64,000 bases of DNA from Clostridia bacterium (GCA_017456055.1 JAFTKC010000007.1:4412-68411); one strand, 5' to 3'; numbered from the stretch's first letter, positions 1 through 9,969 are shown. The notes: generated from the letters alone by a model not told the origin. Made by a program: numbers and translations.

Positions 1-297
1 GTTGCTATTTACAACGTCTATAATAACGCCACTACCTGCCCCTGAACCTGCAGACGAAGTCACTTCGATAGCAACCGAAGTTCTCTCTACCTTTTCAACT
101 GCTTCAGGCAAGGAATATTTTTGTCTTTCAGTCTCTTCAATGGTGTTAAATTCCACTTGACTGCTTGCTACTATTGAATTTATAAGATCGTTTCCGCCAT
201 GGCTAGAATTAAAGTCTACGAATTGACAACCAACTGCGGAAAGGCTAACCATTACGGTCATAACGGCTAGGATTAAGAGTTTAGCAATCTTTCTCAT
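1..297 (-). CDS. partial CDS (N-terminal 99 codons, runs off the window start): lipoprotein, possibly trypsin-like (HtrA/S1C-type) serine protease
   Basis: Not in the ORF track because there is no stop in the window. Reverse-strand ATG at 297, preceded by AGGAGAG. Translates MRKIAKLLILAVMTVMVSLSAVGC (signal peptide plus lipobox), then ...SVAIEVTSSAGSGAGSGVIID, a Gly-rich strand typical of HtrA-like proteases. Confidence 0.4.
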   Translation of the reverse strand, partial: MRKIAKLLILAVMTVMVSLSAVGCQFVDFNSSHGGNDLINSIVASSQVEFNTIEETERQKYSLPEAVEKVERTSVAIEVTSSAGSGAGSGVIIDVVNSN

Positions 298-542
298 AAA
301 TACTCTCCTACTACTTACTAATTATATTCTATCACAAAAATTATTGAAAATACATTGAAATTGAAAAATTCTCAAATTTTTAAAAGGGCGAAATTAAAGT
401 CGCCCTTTTTTTCACCTAATAAACCAATACTGCCGTTTATCAAGTGATTTATATTAACGGCAGTATTTTTATATATTTTATACTTAACTAAAATATCTAC
501 CGCCGATACGTTAAGTATAGGCGATATTTATTTTTTTATTCG

Positions 543-1280
543 TTATTCTTCCTCTTCTTCGGGAAGATCTACGTTGTGATATACGTTTTGAACGTCGTCT
601 AAATCTTCTAAGGCATCAATAAGTCTATTAAACTTAGCAAGTTCGTCACCCTCTAGAGTGATTTTGCTTTGCGGAAGCATTTGAATTTGCGCTTCAAAGA
701 AGTTTAAGCCCTTGCCTTCAAGTTCCTTTCTAACTGCAGAGAAATCTGCAACTGAAGTGTAGATAACAAAAGCGTCGTCTTCCACGATAAAATCGTCTGC
801 CCCAGCGTCTAAAGCCATTTCCATAACGCCGTCTTCAGTTAAATCGGGCGTTCTTTCAACCACGATTACACCTAGAGTGTTGAAAGTAAACGAAACGCAT
901 CCTGCATTACCTAGTGAGCCTCCGTGCTTTCTCATAGTAGTTCTAACGTAGTCAACCGTACGGTTTTTATTGTCCGTCAACGTCTTAATAATTACGGCAC
1001 TTCCTGCAGGTCCGTATCCTTCGTAGGTCAATTCTTCGTAGTTGTCACCTGAAAGTTCTCCCGCTGCCTTAGCAATACATCTCTTGATGTTTTCGTTAGG
1101 CATATTTACTGCTTTTGCTTTTGCAATAGCATCTGCCAACTTACTATTGGTTTCGGGATCTGGGTTAGATTTTGCTGCAACGGCAATTTCCCTACCCACT
1201 TTTGTAAATATTTTTCCTTTAACTGCATCCGTCTTTGCCTTTTTTGCGGCAATATTGGCTGCGTGGCTATGTCCTGACAT
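543..1280 (-). CDS. yebC: YebC/PmpR family DNA-binding transcriptional regulator
   Basis: The N-terminus MSGHSHAANIAAKKAKTDAVKGKIFTK and the overall 245 aa layout are typical of YebC. AAGGAG SD upstream. Confidence 0.9.
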   Translation of the reverse strand: MSGHSHAANIAAKKAKTDAVKGKIFTKVGREIAVAAKSNPDPETNSKLADAIAKAKAVNMPNENIKRCIAKAAGELSGDNYEELTYEGYGPAGSAVIIKTLTDNKNRTVDYVRTTMRKHGGSLGNAGCVSFTFNTLGVIVVERTPDLTEDGVMEMALDAGADDFIVEDDAFVIYTSVADFSAVRKELEGKGLNFFEAQIQMLPQSKITLEGDELAKFNRLIDALEDLDDVQNVYHNVDLPEEEEE

Positions 1281-1294
1281 ATTTTTCTCCTTAA

Positions 1295-2026
1295 CTATTG
1301 TTTTGTTAGCGCGTACATTAAAATTCCCGCCGATACCGATGCGTTTAGGCTCTCCATATCGTTTTGCATAGGAATTTTTACTACGTACTCGGCTTTCTTG
1401 ATTAAATCTTCACTAACTCCCCTTGCTTCGTTACCTATAACTAGGCAAAAATCCTTGGGAAATTCGCCTTTAAAAACGTCAACTCCGTCCATATCGGCAA
1501 TTATAAACGGAAGATTTATCTTCTCTAAAAGCACGTCTTTCGCGCCCTGATGAGTTCTTACCTTAAAAATTCCACTCATACTCGCTCTAACCGACTTTGG
1601 TGAATAACAATCGGCAGAATCGCTTAAATAAACGTCGTTATACCCAGCGGCAGCAGCCGTTCTTATAATAGCGCCCACGTTAGCGGGGTCGGAAACCCCG
1701 TCTAAAAATAGGCATTTGCCTTTAGGAGAAATTATCTCGTTTTTGGGCTTTACGCACACGGCGATAACCCCTTGTGGCGAAACGTCGTTCGACGCGTATT
1801 CCATAATTTCCTTAGAAACTTCTTCCACTTCAACGCCTATTCCGTTAGAAATCTTATCTAGGCAATCTGCCGTCGCTATGACGCGATAAAATTCACAGCC
1901 ATTTAAAACTGCTTCGTTTACCATTTTAATTCCGTCTACGACGTAAAGATTCTCCCTGTCTCGATTTTTCTTGTCGGATAGAGATTTTATGAGTTTTATT
2001 AGTGAATTTTGTCTTGATAAAATCAT
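1295..2026 (-). CDS. TrmH/SpoU family RNA 2'-O-methyltransferase
   Basis: 243 aa. SpoU C-terminal knot motifs are present (LVIGNEARGVS ... SLNASVSAGILMY). Lies downstream of rplT, as ysgA does in Bacillus. Confidence 0.85.
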   Translation of the reverse strand: MILSRQNSLIKLIKSLSDKKNRDRENLYVVDGIKMVNEAVLNGCEFYRVIATADCLDKISNGIGVEVEEVSKEIMEYASNDVSPQGVIAVCVKPKNEIISPKGKCLFLDGVSDPANVGAIIRTAAAAGYNDVYLSDSADCYSPKSVRASMSGIFKVRTHQGAKDVLLEKINLPFIIADMDGVDVFKGEFPKDFCLVIGNEARGVSEDLIKKAEYVVKIPMQNDMESLNASVSAGILMYALTKQ

Positions 2027-2074
2027 TTAATCTAAATAAAGCCTATCTTATTATAAGGTAGGCTTATCGTTTTG

Positions 2075-2425
2075 TTAGATGTTTGCTTTTGCCTTTTCGC
2101 AAAGGGTAGCAAATGCGTTAGCGTCAGAAACGGCGATTTCTGCTAATACCTTACGGTTTAGTTCAATGCCTGCTTTCTTTAAGCCGAACATAAATTTGCT
2201 GTATGAAAGTCCGTTCATACGGCATGCAGCGTTAATTCTTGCAATCCACAATGCTCTAAAGTCACGTTTCTTGCGTTTTCTTCCAAAGTAAGCGTAAAGT
2301 TGAGCCTTCATTACGGCTTCTCTTGCCACTCTATATCTCTTACTTCTTCCGCCCCAATATCCTTTTGCTAATTTTAAAATCTTTCTACGCTTTTTTACAG
2401 CGTTAACTCCTCTTTTAATACGCAT
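2075..2425 (-). CDS. rplT: 50S ribosomal protein L20
   Basis: [25 protein letters not shown]... is a canonical L20 sequence. Confidence 0.97.
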   Translation of the reverse strand: MRIKRGVNAVKKRRKILKLAKGYWGGRSKRYRVAREAVMKAQLYAYFGRKRKKRDFRALWIARINAACRMNGLSYSKFMFGLKKAGIELNRKVLAEIAVSDANAFATLCEKAKANI

Positions 2426-2442
2426 AATCTTTTTCTCCTTGA

Positions 2443-2640
2443 CTATTTATTGTAAATAAGCGTTTTTACGGTCTTTGCTTGAGTTGCGTCAACGTAAGCA
2501 CCGTCACACAAATTGTTCTTTCTCTTTCTGTCTTTTTTGGTTAGAATGTGGTTCTTTCCAGAGCAAGCTCTTTTAATCTTGCCGTTTGCGGTCACTTTGA
2601 ATCTCTTCTTTGCCGCGCTTTTAGTTTTCATTTTAGGCAT
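2443..2640 (-). CDS. rpmI: 50S ribosomal protein L35
   Basis: [24 protein letters not shown]... is a canonical L35 sequence. Confidence 0.95.
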   Translation of the reverse strand: MPKMKTKSAAKKRFKVTANGKIKRACSGKNHILTKKDRKRKNNLCDGAYVDATQAKTVKTLIYNK

Positions 2641-2668
2641 AGTTTTACCCTCCGTTAGTTATTTTTAT

Positions 2669-3181
2669 TTACGCTTTTAAAGGCGCTAACATCATCCAAA
2701 TGTTTCTGCCTTCAGTTTGCGGTTTCTTTTCCATTACACCTTGTTCTTTTACTAGTTCGAAAAATCTATTCATAACGTCAAGCCCAAGTTCCGAGTGCGC
2801 CATTTGTCTGCCCCTCATTCTTATCGAAACCTTTACTTTGTTGCCTGCCGTTAAGAATTTTAAACTTTGCTTTGCTTTCACGTTAAGGTCGCCAACGTCG
2901 ATGGTCATTGATAGCCAAACTTCTTTTATTTCTACGACCTTTTGATTTTTCTTTGCTTCTTTTGCTCTCTTTACTTGCTCGAACATAAACTTTCCGTAGT
3001 TCATAATCTTGCAAACGGGTGGATTTGCGTTTGGTGAAATCTTAACTAAATCTAACCCTTTTTCATCGGCTATCCTTTGCGCCTCTGCGCTAGATACGAT
3101 GCCAAGTTGAGCCCCGTCGTCCCCAATTAGACGCACTTCTCTGTCACGAATTTCTTCGTTGATTTGATGTTCCTTTTTAAT
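2669..3181 (-). CDS. infC: translation initiation factor IF-3, probably starting at ATT (3181..3179) rather than the track's ATG at 3211
   Basis: IKKEHQINEEIRDREVRLIGDDG matches the usual IF-3 N-terminus. GAGAGGT lies 8 nt upstream of the ATT, whereas the ATG at 3211 has no SD. Confidence 0.9.
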   Translation of the reverse strand: MKKEHQINEEIRDREVRLIGDDGAQLGIVSSAEAQRIADEKGLDLVKISPNANPPVCKIMNYGKFMFEQVKRAKEAKKNQKVVEIKEVWLSMTIDVGDLNVKAKQSLKFLTAGNKVKVSIRMRGRQMAHSELGLDVMNRFFELVKEQGVMEKKPQTEGRNIWMMLAPLKA

Positions 3182-3211
3182 GGTTTTGTACCTCTCAATA
3201 AAATTTTCCAT

Positions 3212-3363
3212 TTATATTAAAAATGAAATGCAAATAAAAAATCGGGTTGCTTTTGCAAAAAAGAACCCGATAATCCTATCAAAAATACGGCTATTTAGCC
3301 TTTAGTTGATATTGAGCCGAACGAACTTTTCCGTCGGCGAGAAGGTTCTCTTCTTCTTCAAGC
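3212..3363 (-). promoter_or_regulatory. L20-type ribosomal-protein leader ending in an attenuator hairpin (3241..3275)
   Basis: A structured leader of about 150 nt lies between a consensus promoter and infC. It ends with the hairpin ATCGGGTTCTTTTTTGCAAAAGCAACCCGAT followed by a T-run. The position matches the Firmicute L20 autoregulatory leader. Confidence 0.6.
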
Positions 3364-3369
3364 AAAACT

Positions 3370-3398
3370 ATTATATTACTTTGACAACCTTTTGTCAA
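3370..3398 (-). promoter_or_regulatory. sigma-A-type promoter of the infC operon (TTGACA, 17 nt spacer, TATAAT)
   Basis: Both hexamers are perfect, with a 17 nt spacer, on the reverse strand. Confidence 0.7.
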
Positions 3399-3509
3399 CT
3401 GTTTTTACTTATATTTTTTACTCTTGTTTTTTAAATAATTTTGTCGTTTTCCGTATACAAAATATATATTTTGTGTTATAATCAAAAAGGTAAGTTTTAT
3501 AGGAGTGCT

Positions 3510-4790
3510 ATGAATATTTTTAAAATGCGTATTGGTAGACGCTCGTTCGATACTAACGAAAAGCCTTGGAGAACTCCTTGGTATATAAGAATTATCGAAC
3601 TTTCAATTTTAGTCTACTATAAAGCTATAACGCGATTTAAAATAAATAAAGTTGGAGTTAAGGGGACTAAGCCCCCTTATCTTATACTGCAAAATCACGC
3701 GTCGTTTATGGACTTCGTGCAGGTCGGCGAGTTTTTATTGCCTAGAACTTGCGCTTTCGTTTGCTCTATCGAGCAATTTATTCATAGGGAATGGCTATTG
3801 CGTTCGGCGGGCTGTATTTATAAGAGAAGATTCACTTCAGACTTAACCGTGCTAAAGCATATTCTCTACGTTATAAGAAAAAAGAAGAAATCGGTGACCA
3901 TTTATCCTGAGGCGAGATTTTCCCTAGCGGGAATAACCGAGGAAGCCGATTTAGGAACTTACGCAAGGCTTATTAAACTTTGTAAAATTCCCGTTGTCTT
4001 GGGAATAAGCAAGGGAAATTATATAATGAGTCCTCAATTTGCTAAGCACCCTTATAGAAAACTTCCAATTTCCGCAACTTTCAAGTTGCTCTTCACTAAG
4101 GAAGAAACTATGTACCTTCCCTTAGAAGAAATTGAAAAGAGATTAAGAGAAAACTTCCATCACGACGATTATAAATATTGGCAAGATTCGGGCGTGAGAA
4201 TAAAATCAAAACATAGAGCCAAAAATTTACACAAGATTTTATATCAATGTCCACACTGCAAAAAGGAATTCGCTATGAATTCTAAGGGCAACACCCTATA
4301 TTGCGGGGCTTGCGGAAAAGAGTGGACGCTCAACGAATACGGCTATTTACAAGCAAAAGAGGGCGAAGTTTACTTCTCTCACGTTCCCGATTGGTATAAA
4401 TGGGAAAGAGAAAACGTAAAAAAACAAGTAGAATCGGGTGAATATCGTATAGAAACTAAGGCGAGACTAGAAAAAATCGACAGTTCGGCTAAAGGATTAA
4501 AAGTTCTTGGTAAAGTCAATCTTGTTCACGACCAGAACGGCTTTACAGTAAAAGGAACTCTCGATAACGGAAAAGACTTCTATTTTAATCGCACGGTAGA
4601 ATCAATGACGGGTTGTCATATAGAATTTAACTTCCATAAAAAGGGCGATGCAATAGATTTATCCGATTCTCACCAAACTTTCTTCTTGTTCCCTTATTTG
4701 TATAACCACGTGACGAAAATTCACTTTGCTACTGAAGAATTATATAAGAAAAATCTTAGAGAAAAAGAAGAAAAAGAAAAGTTAAAATAA
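3510..4790 (+). CDS. PlsC-family acyltransferase with a C-terminal zinc-ribbon-containing domain
   Basis: HX4D motif (NHASFMDF), a PEARFS block, and later CPHCKK...CGACGK. The ATG at 3510 follows AGGAG, so the track's TTG at 3441 is probably an over-extension. Confidence 0.7.
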   Translation: MNIFKMRIGRRSFDTNEKPWRTPWYIRIIELSILVYYKAITRFKINKVGVKGTKPPYLILQNHASFMDFVQVGEFLLPRTCAFVCSIEQFIHREWLLRSAGCIYKRRFTSDLTVLKHILYVIRKKKKSVTIYPEARFSLAGITEEADLGTYARLIKLCKIPVVLGISKGNYIMSPQFAKHPYRKLPISATFKLLFTKEETMYLPLEEIEKRLRENFHHDDYKYWQDSGVRIKSKHRAKNLHKILYQCPHCKKEFAMNSKGNTLYCGACGKEWTLNEYGYLQAKEGEVYFSHVPDWYKWERENVKKQVESGEYRIETKARLEKIDSSAKGLKVLGKVNLVHDQNGFTVKGTLDNGKDFYFNRTVESMTGCHIEFNFHKKGDAIDLSDSHQTFFLFPYLYNHVTKIHFATEELYKKNLREKEEKEKLK

Positions 4791-4791
4791 A

Positions 4792-4826
4792 AAATGCTTT
4801 CAAACTTGAAAGCATTTTTCTTTTTG
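4792..4826. terminator. bidirectional rho-independent terminator between the convergent acyltransferase and degV genes
   Basis: AATGCTTTCAA/TTGAAAGCATT stem flanked by A- and T-runs. Confidence 0.75.
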
Positions 4827-4832
4827 TTTTAA

Positions 4833-5678
4833 TTATTTATTGCCGTCGTTAAAATACAAGATTCCCATCGTATTTGCGCCGCAGTGGCTAGCAATCGTTC
4901 CACCTGCTTTAGTTTCGTAAATATTCTTAAATCCAGCCTCCGTCACTGCTTTTCTTGCAGCCTCTAACATCTCCGGCGTTGCAGTAGTGTAGGTTATAAA
5001 CACTTTATCTAAATCAGGAGTGTTAAATTCAGCAAGCGTTTCTGCACAATACTTTGCTATTACACTGCCCATGTGCCCACGATATTTTTTGTCTGAGATC
5101 ATCTTTCCTTCTTTAACTATAATTCTAGGTCTTATCTTTAATAGATTTGCACCGAGAAGAGCAACTGAAGAACATCTTCCGCCTTTATGTAAATAATCAA
5201 GTCTTTCAACAACGAAACTAACTTGAAGTTTATACGCTCTCTCTTGCACTTTTTTAGCAATACTCTCTGCATCTTCACCAGCGTTTGCAAGTTCTCTTGC
5301 ATACAATGCTAAAAGCCCTATTCCCGTTGACAAGCTCATACTATCAACGGCGTAAACGTTTTCTAAATTCTCCGCTGCCTTAAATGCGTTTCCACAAGAC
5401 GAAGTAATTCCACTAGATAAACAAATATGAACAACTGCGTCGTAATTCTTTTTTAATTCTTCAAAATATTCAGTATAAGTATATTCGTTGATTGCATTGG
5501 TTTTTGGAAGAACGCCGTTTTCATCTACGTACTTAAACATATCTTCGGTGCTTACTTCACCGTCCTTAAATTCTCTATCACCTAAAACGATATTATACGC
5601 AATTACTTTAATGTCGTTGTCAACGAGCATTTTCGTTGTTAAATCGTTAGTTGATTCTACGGAAATTGCAATTTTCAT
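4833..5678 (-). CDS. DegV family fatty-acid-binding protein
   Basis: MKIAISVESTNDL... and the general DegV layout (about 281 aa). The ATG at 5678 is preferred over the GTG at 5690. Confidence 0.85.
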   Translation of the reverse strand: MKIAISVESTNDLTTKMLVDNDIKVIAYNIVLGDREFKDGEVSTEDMFKYVDENGVLPKTNAINEYTYTEYFEELKKNYDAVVHICLSSGITSSCGNAFKAAENLENVYAVDSMSLSTGIGLLALYARELANAGEDAESIAKKVQERAYKLQVSFVVERLDYLHKGGRCSSVALLGANLLKIRPRIIVKEGKMISDKKYRGHMGSVIAKYCAETLAEFNTPDLDKVFITYTTATPEMLEAARKAVTEAGFKNIYETKAGGTIASHCGANTMGILYFNDGNK

Positions 5679-5861
5679 TTTAACGCCCACCCTTTTATTA
5701 AATTAGTTCCTTTTTATTCTACCATAAAAGCACTATTACTTGCAAATATTTTTATTACTTTTTCCGTTTATGAGGTTATTTTTTATAAAATTTGGGCTAA
5801 ATACTTGCTTAATTTTTTTCAATAGTTTATTATATATATAAGTATAATATTAGGAGTTATT

Positions 5862-7199
5862 ATGGAACAAATTAACGGCAAATTGATTAACGAAAACGTG
5901 GCTTTTGAGGATTTTAAAAACTACGACGGACAAGAAGTCACCATTTCAGGCTACGTTCACCGTATTCGTGAGATGACGGGCTTTGCTTTCGTTATTATTA
6001 GAACTAAAAGAGACCTTATTCAATGCGTTTACGCACCTGAATTCTCTTCTTATCGTTGGGACGATAGATTAAGAGAAGAAGCTTGCGTTAAGGTTTTAGG
6101 CAAAGTGGTTTCAAGTTTAGACGCTAAGGGAAACCAAAGATTTGAACTTCAAATACACGACGTCACTATTCTTTCTCTTCCTGCAGAAGATTTGCCAATC
6201 GTTATAAATAAAAAACAACTTGATAATATTCAATTAAGCACTATCTTAGACCTTCGCCCTATCGCTTTAAGAAATCCAAAAGAAAGGGCAATATTTAAGA
6301 TTCAAGAAGGTATTGCTAGAGGCTTTAGAGAGTTTTTACTTTCTCAAGATTTCACCGAAATTCGCTCACCTAAAATTAACTTTGCAGGCGCTGAAGGTGG
6401 AACTAACGTGTTTAAGTTAGACTACTTTGGAAAACAAGTATACTTAGCGCAAAGTCCACAATTATATAAGCAAGCATTAGTTGGCGTTTACGAAAGAGTT
6501 TTTGAAATCGCGCCCGTTTTTAGAGCCGAACATCACGACACTTCTCGCCACCTTAACGAATATATCTCTATGGACTTTGAAATGGGGTTCATTAACGACT
6601 TTAGAGATATTATGAATATGGAAACCGGCTTACTTAAATACATTTTCAATCTCTTAAAGAAAGAATATTCTGCAGAACTTGAACTCTTGCACGCAGTAGT
6701 TCCTGAAATCGACACTATTCCTTGCATGAAGTTTATGGATGCAAAAGAACTTTTAATGAAAAAGTTTAAGTATAACCCAACCGATATGAAGGACTTCGAC
6801 CCACAAGAAGAAGAAATGCTCGGTAAATACGCTAAAAAAGAATTTAATAGTGACTTTATCTTTATAACTCACTATCCATCTAAAAAGCGTCCTTTCTACA
6901 CTATGGACGACCCTGAAGATCCTGAATACACCTTGTCTTTCGACCTATTGTTTAGGGGCTTAGAAATCACCTCGGGTGGACAAAGAGTTCACGACTATAA
7001 GGCGCAAGTTGACAAGATGATTAAATGTGGTATGGACCCAGAACAATTTGAAACCTACCTAATGCTCCACAAATACGGCGCACCTCCTCACGGCGGTTTA
7101 GGTCTTGGCTTAGAAAGACTTACCATGCATCTACTTGGCTTTAAGAACGTTAGAGAAGCAACTATGTTCCCACGTGATATCAATAGAGTCACCCCATAA
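5862..7199 (+). CDS. aspS: aspartate--tRNA ligase, archaeal/eukaryal (type 2) form
   Basis: 445 aa. Class II motifs FRAEHHDTSRHLNEY and GAPPHGGLGLGLERL. The size and the HxTxRHLNE signature fit the short AspRS type. Confidence 0.85.
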   Translation: MEQINGKLINENVAFEDFKNYDGQEVTISGYVHRIREMTGFAFVIIRTKRDLIQCVYAPEFSSYRWDDRLREEACVKVLGKVVSSLDAKGNQRFELQIHDVTILSLPAEDLPIVINKKQLDNIQLSTILDLRPIALRNPKERAIFKIQEGIARGFREFLLSQDFTEIRSPKINFAGAEGGTNVFKLDYFGKQVYLAQSPQLYKQALVGVYERVFEIAPVFRAEHHDTSRHLNEYISMDFEMGFINDFRDIMNMETGLLKYIFNLLKKEYSAELELLHAVVPEIDTIPCMKFMDAKELLMKKFKYNPTDMKDFDPQEEEMLGKYAKKEFNSDFIFITHYPSKKRPFYTMDDPEDPEYTLSFDLLFRGLEITSGGQRVHDYKAQVDKMIKCGMDPEQFETYLMLHKYGAPPHGGLGLGLERLTMHLLGFKNVREATMFPRDINRVTP

Positions 7200-7208
7200 A
7201 CAAATTTA

Positions 7209-7237
7209 AAAGTCTACCTTTCGGTAGACTTTTTTGT
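7209..7237. terminator. bidirectional terminator between aspS and queH
   Basis: AAGTCTACC/GGTAGACTT stem followed by TTTTTT. Confidence 0.75.
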
Positions 7238-7828
7238 TTATTTTATCTTTGAAAACTCACAACCACAATAAGATTGCCTATATAATCCGTTTTCTTTGGA
7301 TAGTTCGATTGAGCGAAGATACCCACCCTCTTTCTTAAAGTCGGACGGCAAGTATTTTACCCCCAATTCACTTTCCAACTTAAACCCTATCTCGTTGAGT
7401 TTTTGGGCATTTTTTAAGGGAGATAAAGTTAGAGTAGTTGCAAAATAATCGTAGCCGTTTAGTTTTGCGTATTCGGCTGTTTTTCTAAGCCTTAACTCGT
7501 AGCAAGAAAAACACCTTTTCCCACCTTCCCTTTCACTCTCTAAGCCACTTATTACTTCTAAAAAATCATTTTTATCAAATGGCGTGACCTTGCAAGGAAT
7601 ACTAAACTCGATGCATAATCTTTTTTGCTCGCTTGCTCTTTTTTCGTACTCCATTTGGCTATCCATATTAGGATTATAAAAGAAAACGGTTATGTCCATT
7701 TTTTCCTTTAATTTCTCTAGACAAGCCGACGAACAAGGCGCACAACAACTATGTAATAAAAGTTTTTTTCTTTCGCCTAATGATTCTATTAAGTTGTGCA
7801 TTTGCTTATTATAGTTTATATTATTCAT
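7238..7828 (-). CDS. queH: epoxyqueuosine reductase QueH (DUF208)
   Basis: LLLHSCCAPCSS and the C-terminal YCGCEFS cysteine motifs. Confidence 0.85.
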   Translation of the reverse strand: MNNINYNKQMHNLIESLGERKKLLLHSCCAPCSSACLEKLKEKMDITVFFYNPNMDSQMEYEKRASEQKRLCIEFSIPCKVTPFDKNDFLEVISGLESEREGGKRCFSCYELRLRKTAEYAKLNGYDYFATTLTLSPLKNAQKLNEIGFKLESELGVKYLPSDFKKEGGYLRSIELSKENGLYRQSYCGCEFSKIK

Positions 7829-7859
7829 AAAAATTTAAGTTAAAAGGTTAGACTAAGGT

Positions 7860-8543
7860 CTAACCTTCAATAATTTTTTTCGCGTTATTTATAAATAAAT
7901 CTTGAGCAGTTTCTTTGCCGAATTTTTTTTCTACCACTTTTTTAGCGTCTAAAATGCATAACTGCCTAAAATCGTGATAATCGCTTGCAACAAAGTCAAC
8001 TAAGCCTTTTTTCATAAGGGCTTTTACTTTTTTTCCAAAATGCTTTTCTTGTCTTATTGCTAGTGAGGAGGCGTTAACTTGTATTAGTCCCCCCTCTTTT
8101 TTCACTTCAATAGCGTCTTCTAAAGTAAAATACTCGTATCTCTCTACGTGCGCAACTATTGGAATATATCCCCTAACCACTGCTCTATATACGTACTCTA
8201 CGATATCTTGATAGTTAAAGTAGTCAAACTCTAAAAGTATATATTTAGAATTATTTAGCGTTATTAGTTCCCCCTTTTCTAAAAGAGAAAAGGTTTCTTT
8301 TGTCGCTTCGATTTCTTGACCTAAATATAGGTTTATGGGAATATTTTTAGCGCTTTTTTTAAATTCTTCAAACTCTTTAAGAATTTGCGCCTTTTCCTTA
8401 GCAAACCTTTTATTGTGATGGGGCGTCAAAATAACGTCGGTGACGCCTGATTTCACTAAATCTTCTAGCATCTTTAGAGAAATTTCTTTTGAAGCGCTTC
8501 CATCATCTATAAAAGGAAGAACGTGAGAGTGTATATCTATCAT
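7860..8543 (-). CDS. PHP-family protein-tyrosine phosphatase (CpsB/YwqE type)
   Basis: MIDIHSHVLPFIDDGS ... TPHHN ... HVER ... ASDYH are the metal-binding motifs of CpsB. Confidence 0.85.
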   Translation of the reverse strand: MIDIHSHVLPFIDDGSASKEISLKMLEDLVKSGVTDVILTPHHNKRFAKEKAQILKEFEEFKKSAKNIPINLYLGQEIEATKETFSLLEKGELITLNNSKYILLEFDYFNYQDIVEYVYRAVVRGYIPIVAHVERYEYFTLEDAIEVKKEGGLIQVNASSLAIRQEKHFGKKVKALMKKGLVDFVASDYHDFRQLCILDAKKVVEKKFGKETAQDLFINNAKKIIEG

Positions 8544-8552
8544 TATAAAATC

Positions 8553-9281
8553 CTAGTCTTCCTCTTCACCATAGGCGCGAGTATAGTATTTATAGTACGG
8601 ACTATATTCTTTATCTTGCTTGCTATCGTACATAGAAAATACCATACCTAAAATCTTGATATTGTTTTTCTTTAGTAGGTTAGTCGCTTCGATTACTTGT
8701 CCCTTAGTAGTTCTTGCGTATGCAACTACGAACAACACGCCGTCCGAAATCTTTGAAATATGCATGTAATCCGAAACTTGCAAAATCGGTGCGCAATCAA
8801 GTAGCACGTAGTCGTATCTTTCCTTAAGAGCGTTGATAAAGTCGGCAAACTTTTCCGATAAGAATATTACCGACGGATTATAAATCTCATCTCCACGAGT
8901 AATTACGTCAACGTTTTTGTAATTGCTCTTTTTAATAATTTCGTCAAGAGTCTTTTGACCTTGCATATATTCTTTTATGCCGATTTCCTTTTCCATCTTG
9001 AACATTCTATGAAGTCTACAACGACGGAAATCTAAATCAACTACTACTACCTTTCTTTCAGTTAAGCCCAAACTTACGGCAAGATTAGATATAATCGTAG
9101 TTTTTGCTTCGTGAGAAAGTGAAGACTCTATTTGAATAACTTGACACTTCCCATCGGCGTTCATTGATAAAATACTATCTTTTAATCTCGTGTAGCCAGT
9201 GGTCGTTGCAGACGCAGAATTTTCGTCTATAATAATACTACTTTGAAAGGTATTGCGCTTTTTTTTCTTAAAAATACCCAT
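8553..9281 (-). CDS. CpsD/CapB-family bacterial tyrosine (BY) kinase with a variant Walker A
   Basis: Walker A' VVVVDLDFRR, Walker B YVLLDCAP, and a C-terminal Tyr cluster YSPYYKYYTRAY. The P-loop reads SSLSHEAKTT rather than the usual GEGKST. Confidence 0.8.
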   Translation of the reverse strand: MGIFKKKKRNTFQSSIIIDENSASATTTGYTRLKDSILSMNADGKCQVIQIESSLSHEAKTTIISNLAVSLGLTERKVVVVDLDFRRCRLHRMFKMEKEIGIKEYMQGQKTLDEIIKKSNYKNVDVITRGDEIYNPSVIFLSEKFADFINALKERYDYVLLDCAPILQVSDYMHISKISDGVLFVVAYARTTKGQVIEATNLLKKNNIKILGMVFSMYDSKQDKEYSPYYKYYTRAYGEEED

Positions 9282-9322
9282 TTTTGCTCCTTTAATTACC
9301 TATGCTCTTCTTTATACTGAAC

Positions 9323-9360
9323 AAAAAACCACCTTTAATTACTAGTGGTTTTTCTTTTTT
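9323..9360. terminator. rho-independent terminator after the 9370..9969 lipoprotein gene
   Basis: AACCAC/GTGGTT stem flanked by A6 and T-runs. Confidence 0.6.
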
Positions 9361-9369
9361 TCCAAAAAG

Positions 9370-9969
9370 TTAACGCCTATTACTCCACTTTGGACCAACT
9401 TGGAGATACGCCATAATTTCTCTACTTTCATCTCCAAAAACCTTCATATCGAAAGTCATTGTGGAGTCAATTGGCACTTTATTATTCTCGCCGTCTAAAA
9501 CGTACCAGAAATAGAAGATATATTCGTCTCTATATTGGCTCTCAACCAAAACGTTTTCAGCAGTTGGAATTTTAGAGCCTAGCGTTTGATTTGCAGGCAC
9601 TTCTACCACCGTGTCAACGTCTATATCCACGTGAATACTTTTACCCTCAAACTCAGTTTCAAGAGAGAATCTAACGTTATATACGACGCTATCTTCTTTT
9701 GAGCGCCATTGAGCCTTAACTACCGTGTCTGAATTTATGGTAGATAAGTCGATATCCCAACCGATAAAATTATAACCCTCTCTCTTATATACGGGGGTGC
9801 TTATTTCTTTAACGTTATCTACGATTTGCACTTCGCTACCAGAAACGAGTTCTCCACCATTGCCGTCAAACTTAACGGTAAAAGCATTTCCCCCACAACC
9901 CGTAGCCGAAAATATCGCTAAAACGAATAAAATTAATGATAAAAATAAAGATAATTTAAGTTTTTTCAT
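9370..9969 (-). CDS. lipoprotein with a Listeria-Bacteroides (InlB B-repeat/Flg_new) repeat
   Basis: Signal peptide with lipobox FSATGC. FTVKFDGNGGE...YKREGYNFIGW is the repeat signature. Confidence 0.6.
   Translation of the reverse strand: MKKLKLSLFLSLILFVLAIFSATGCGGNAFTVKFDGNGGELVSGSEVQIVDNVKEISTPVYKREGYNFIGWDIDLSTINSDTVVKAQWRSKEDSVVYNVRFSLETEFEGKSIHVDIDVDTVVEVPANQTLGSKIPTAENVLVESQYRDEYIFYFWYVLDGENNKVPIDSTMTFDMKVFGDESREIMAYLQVGPKWSNRR

Noticed and set aside
5691-5861. A possible T-box leader upstream of aspS, and a 36-codon small ORF starting at about 5770.
   Set aside because: The region is too short and AT-rich. It has no T-box sequence (AATNNGGTGGNACCGCG-like) and no specifier/terminator arrangement. 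The small ORF lacks an SD and overlaps the aspS start out of frame.
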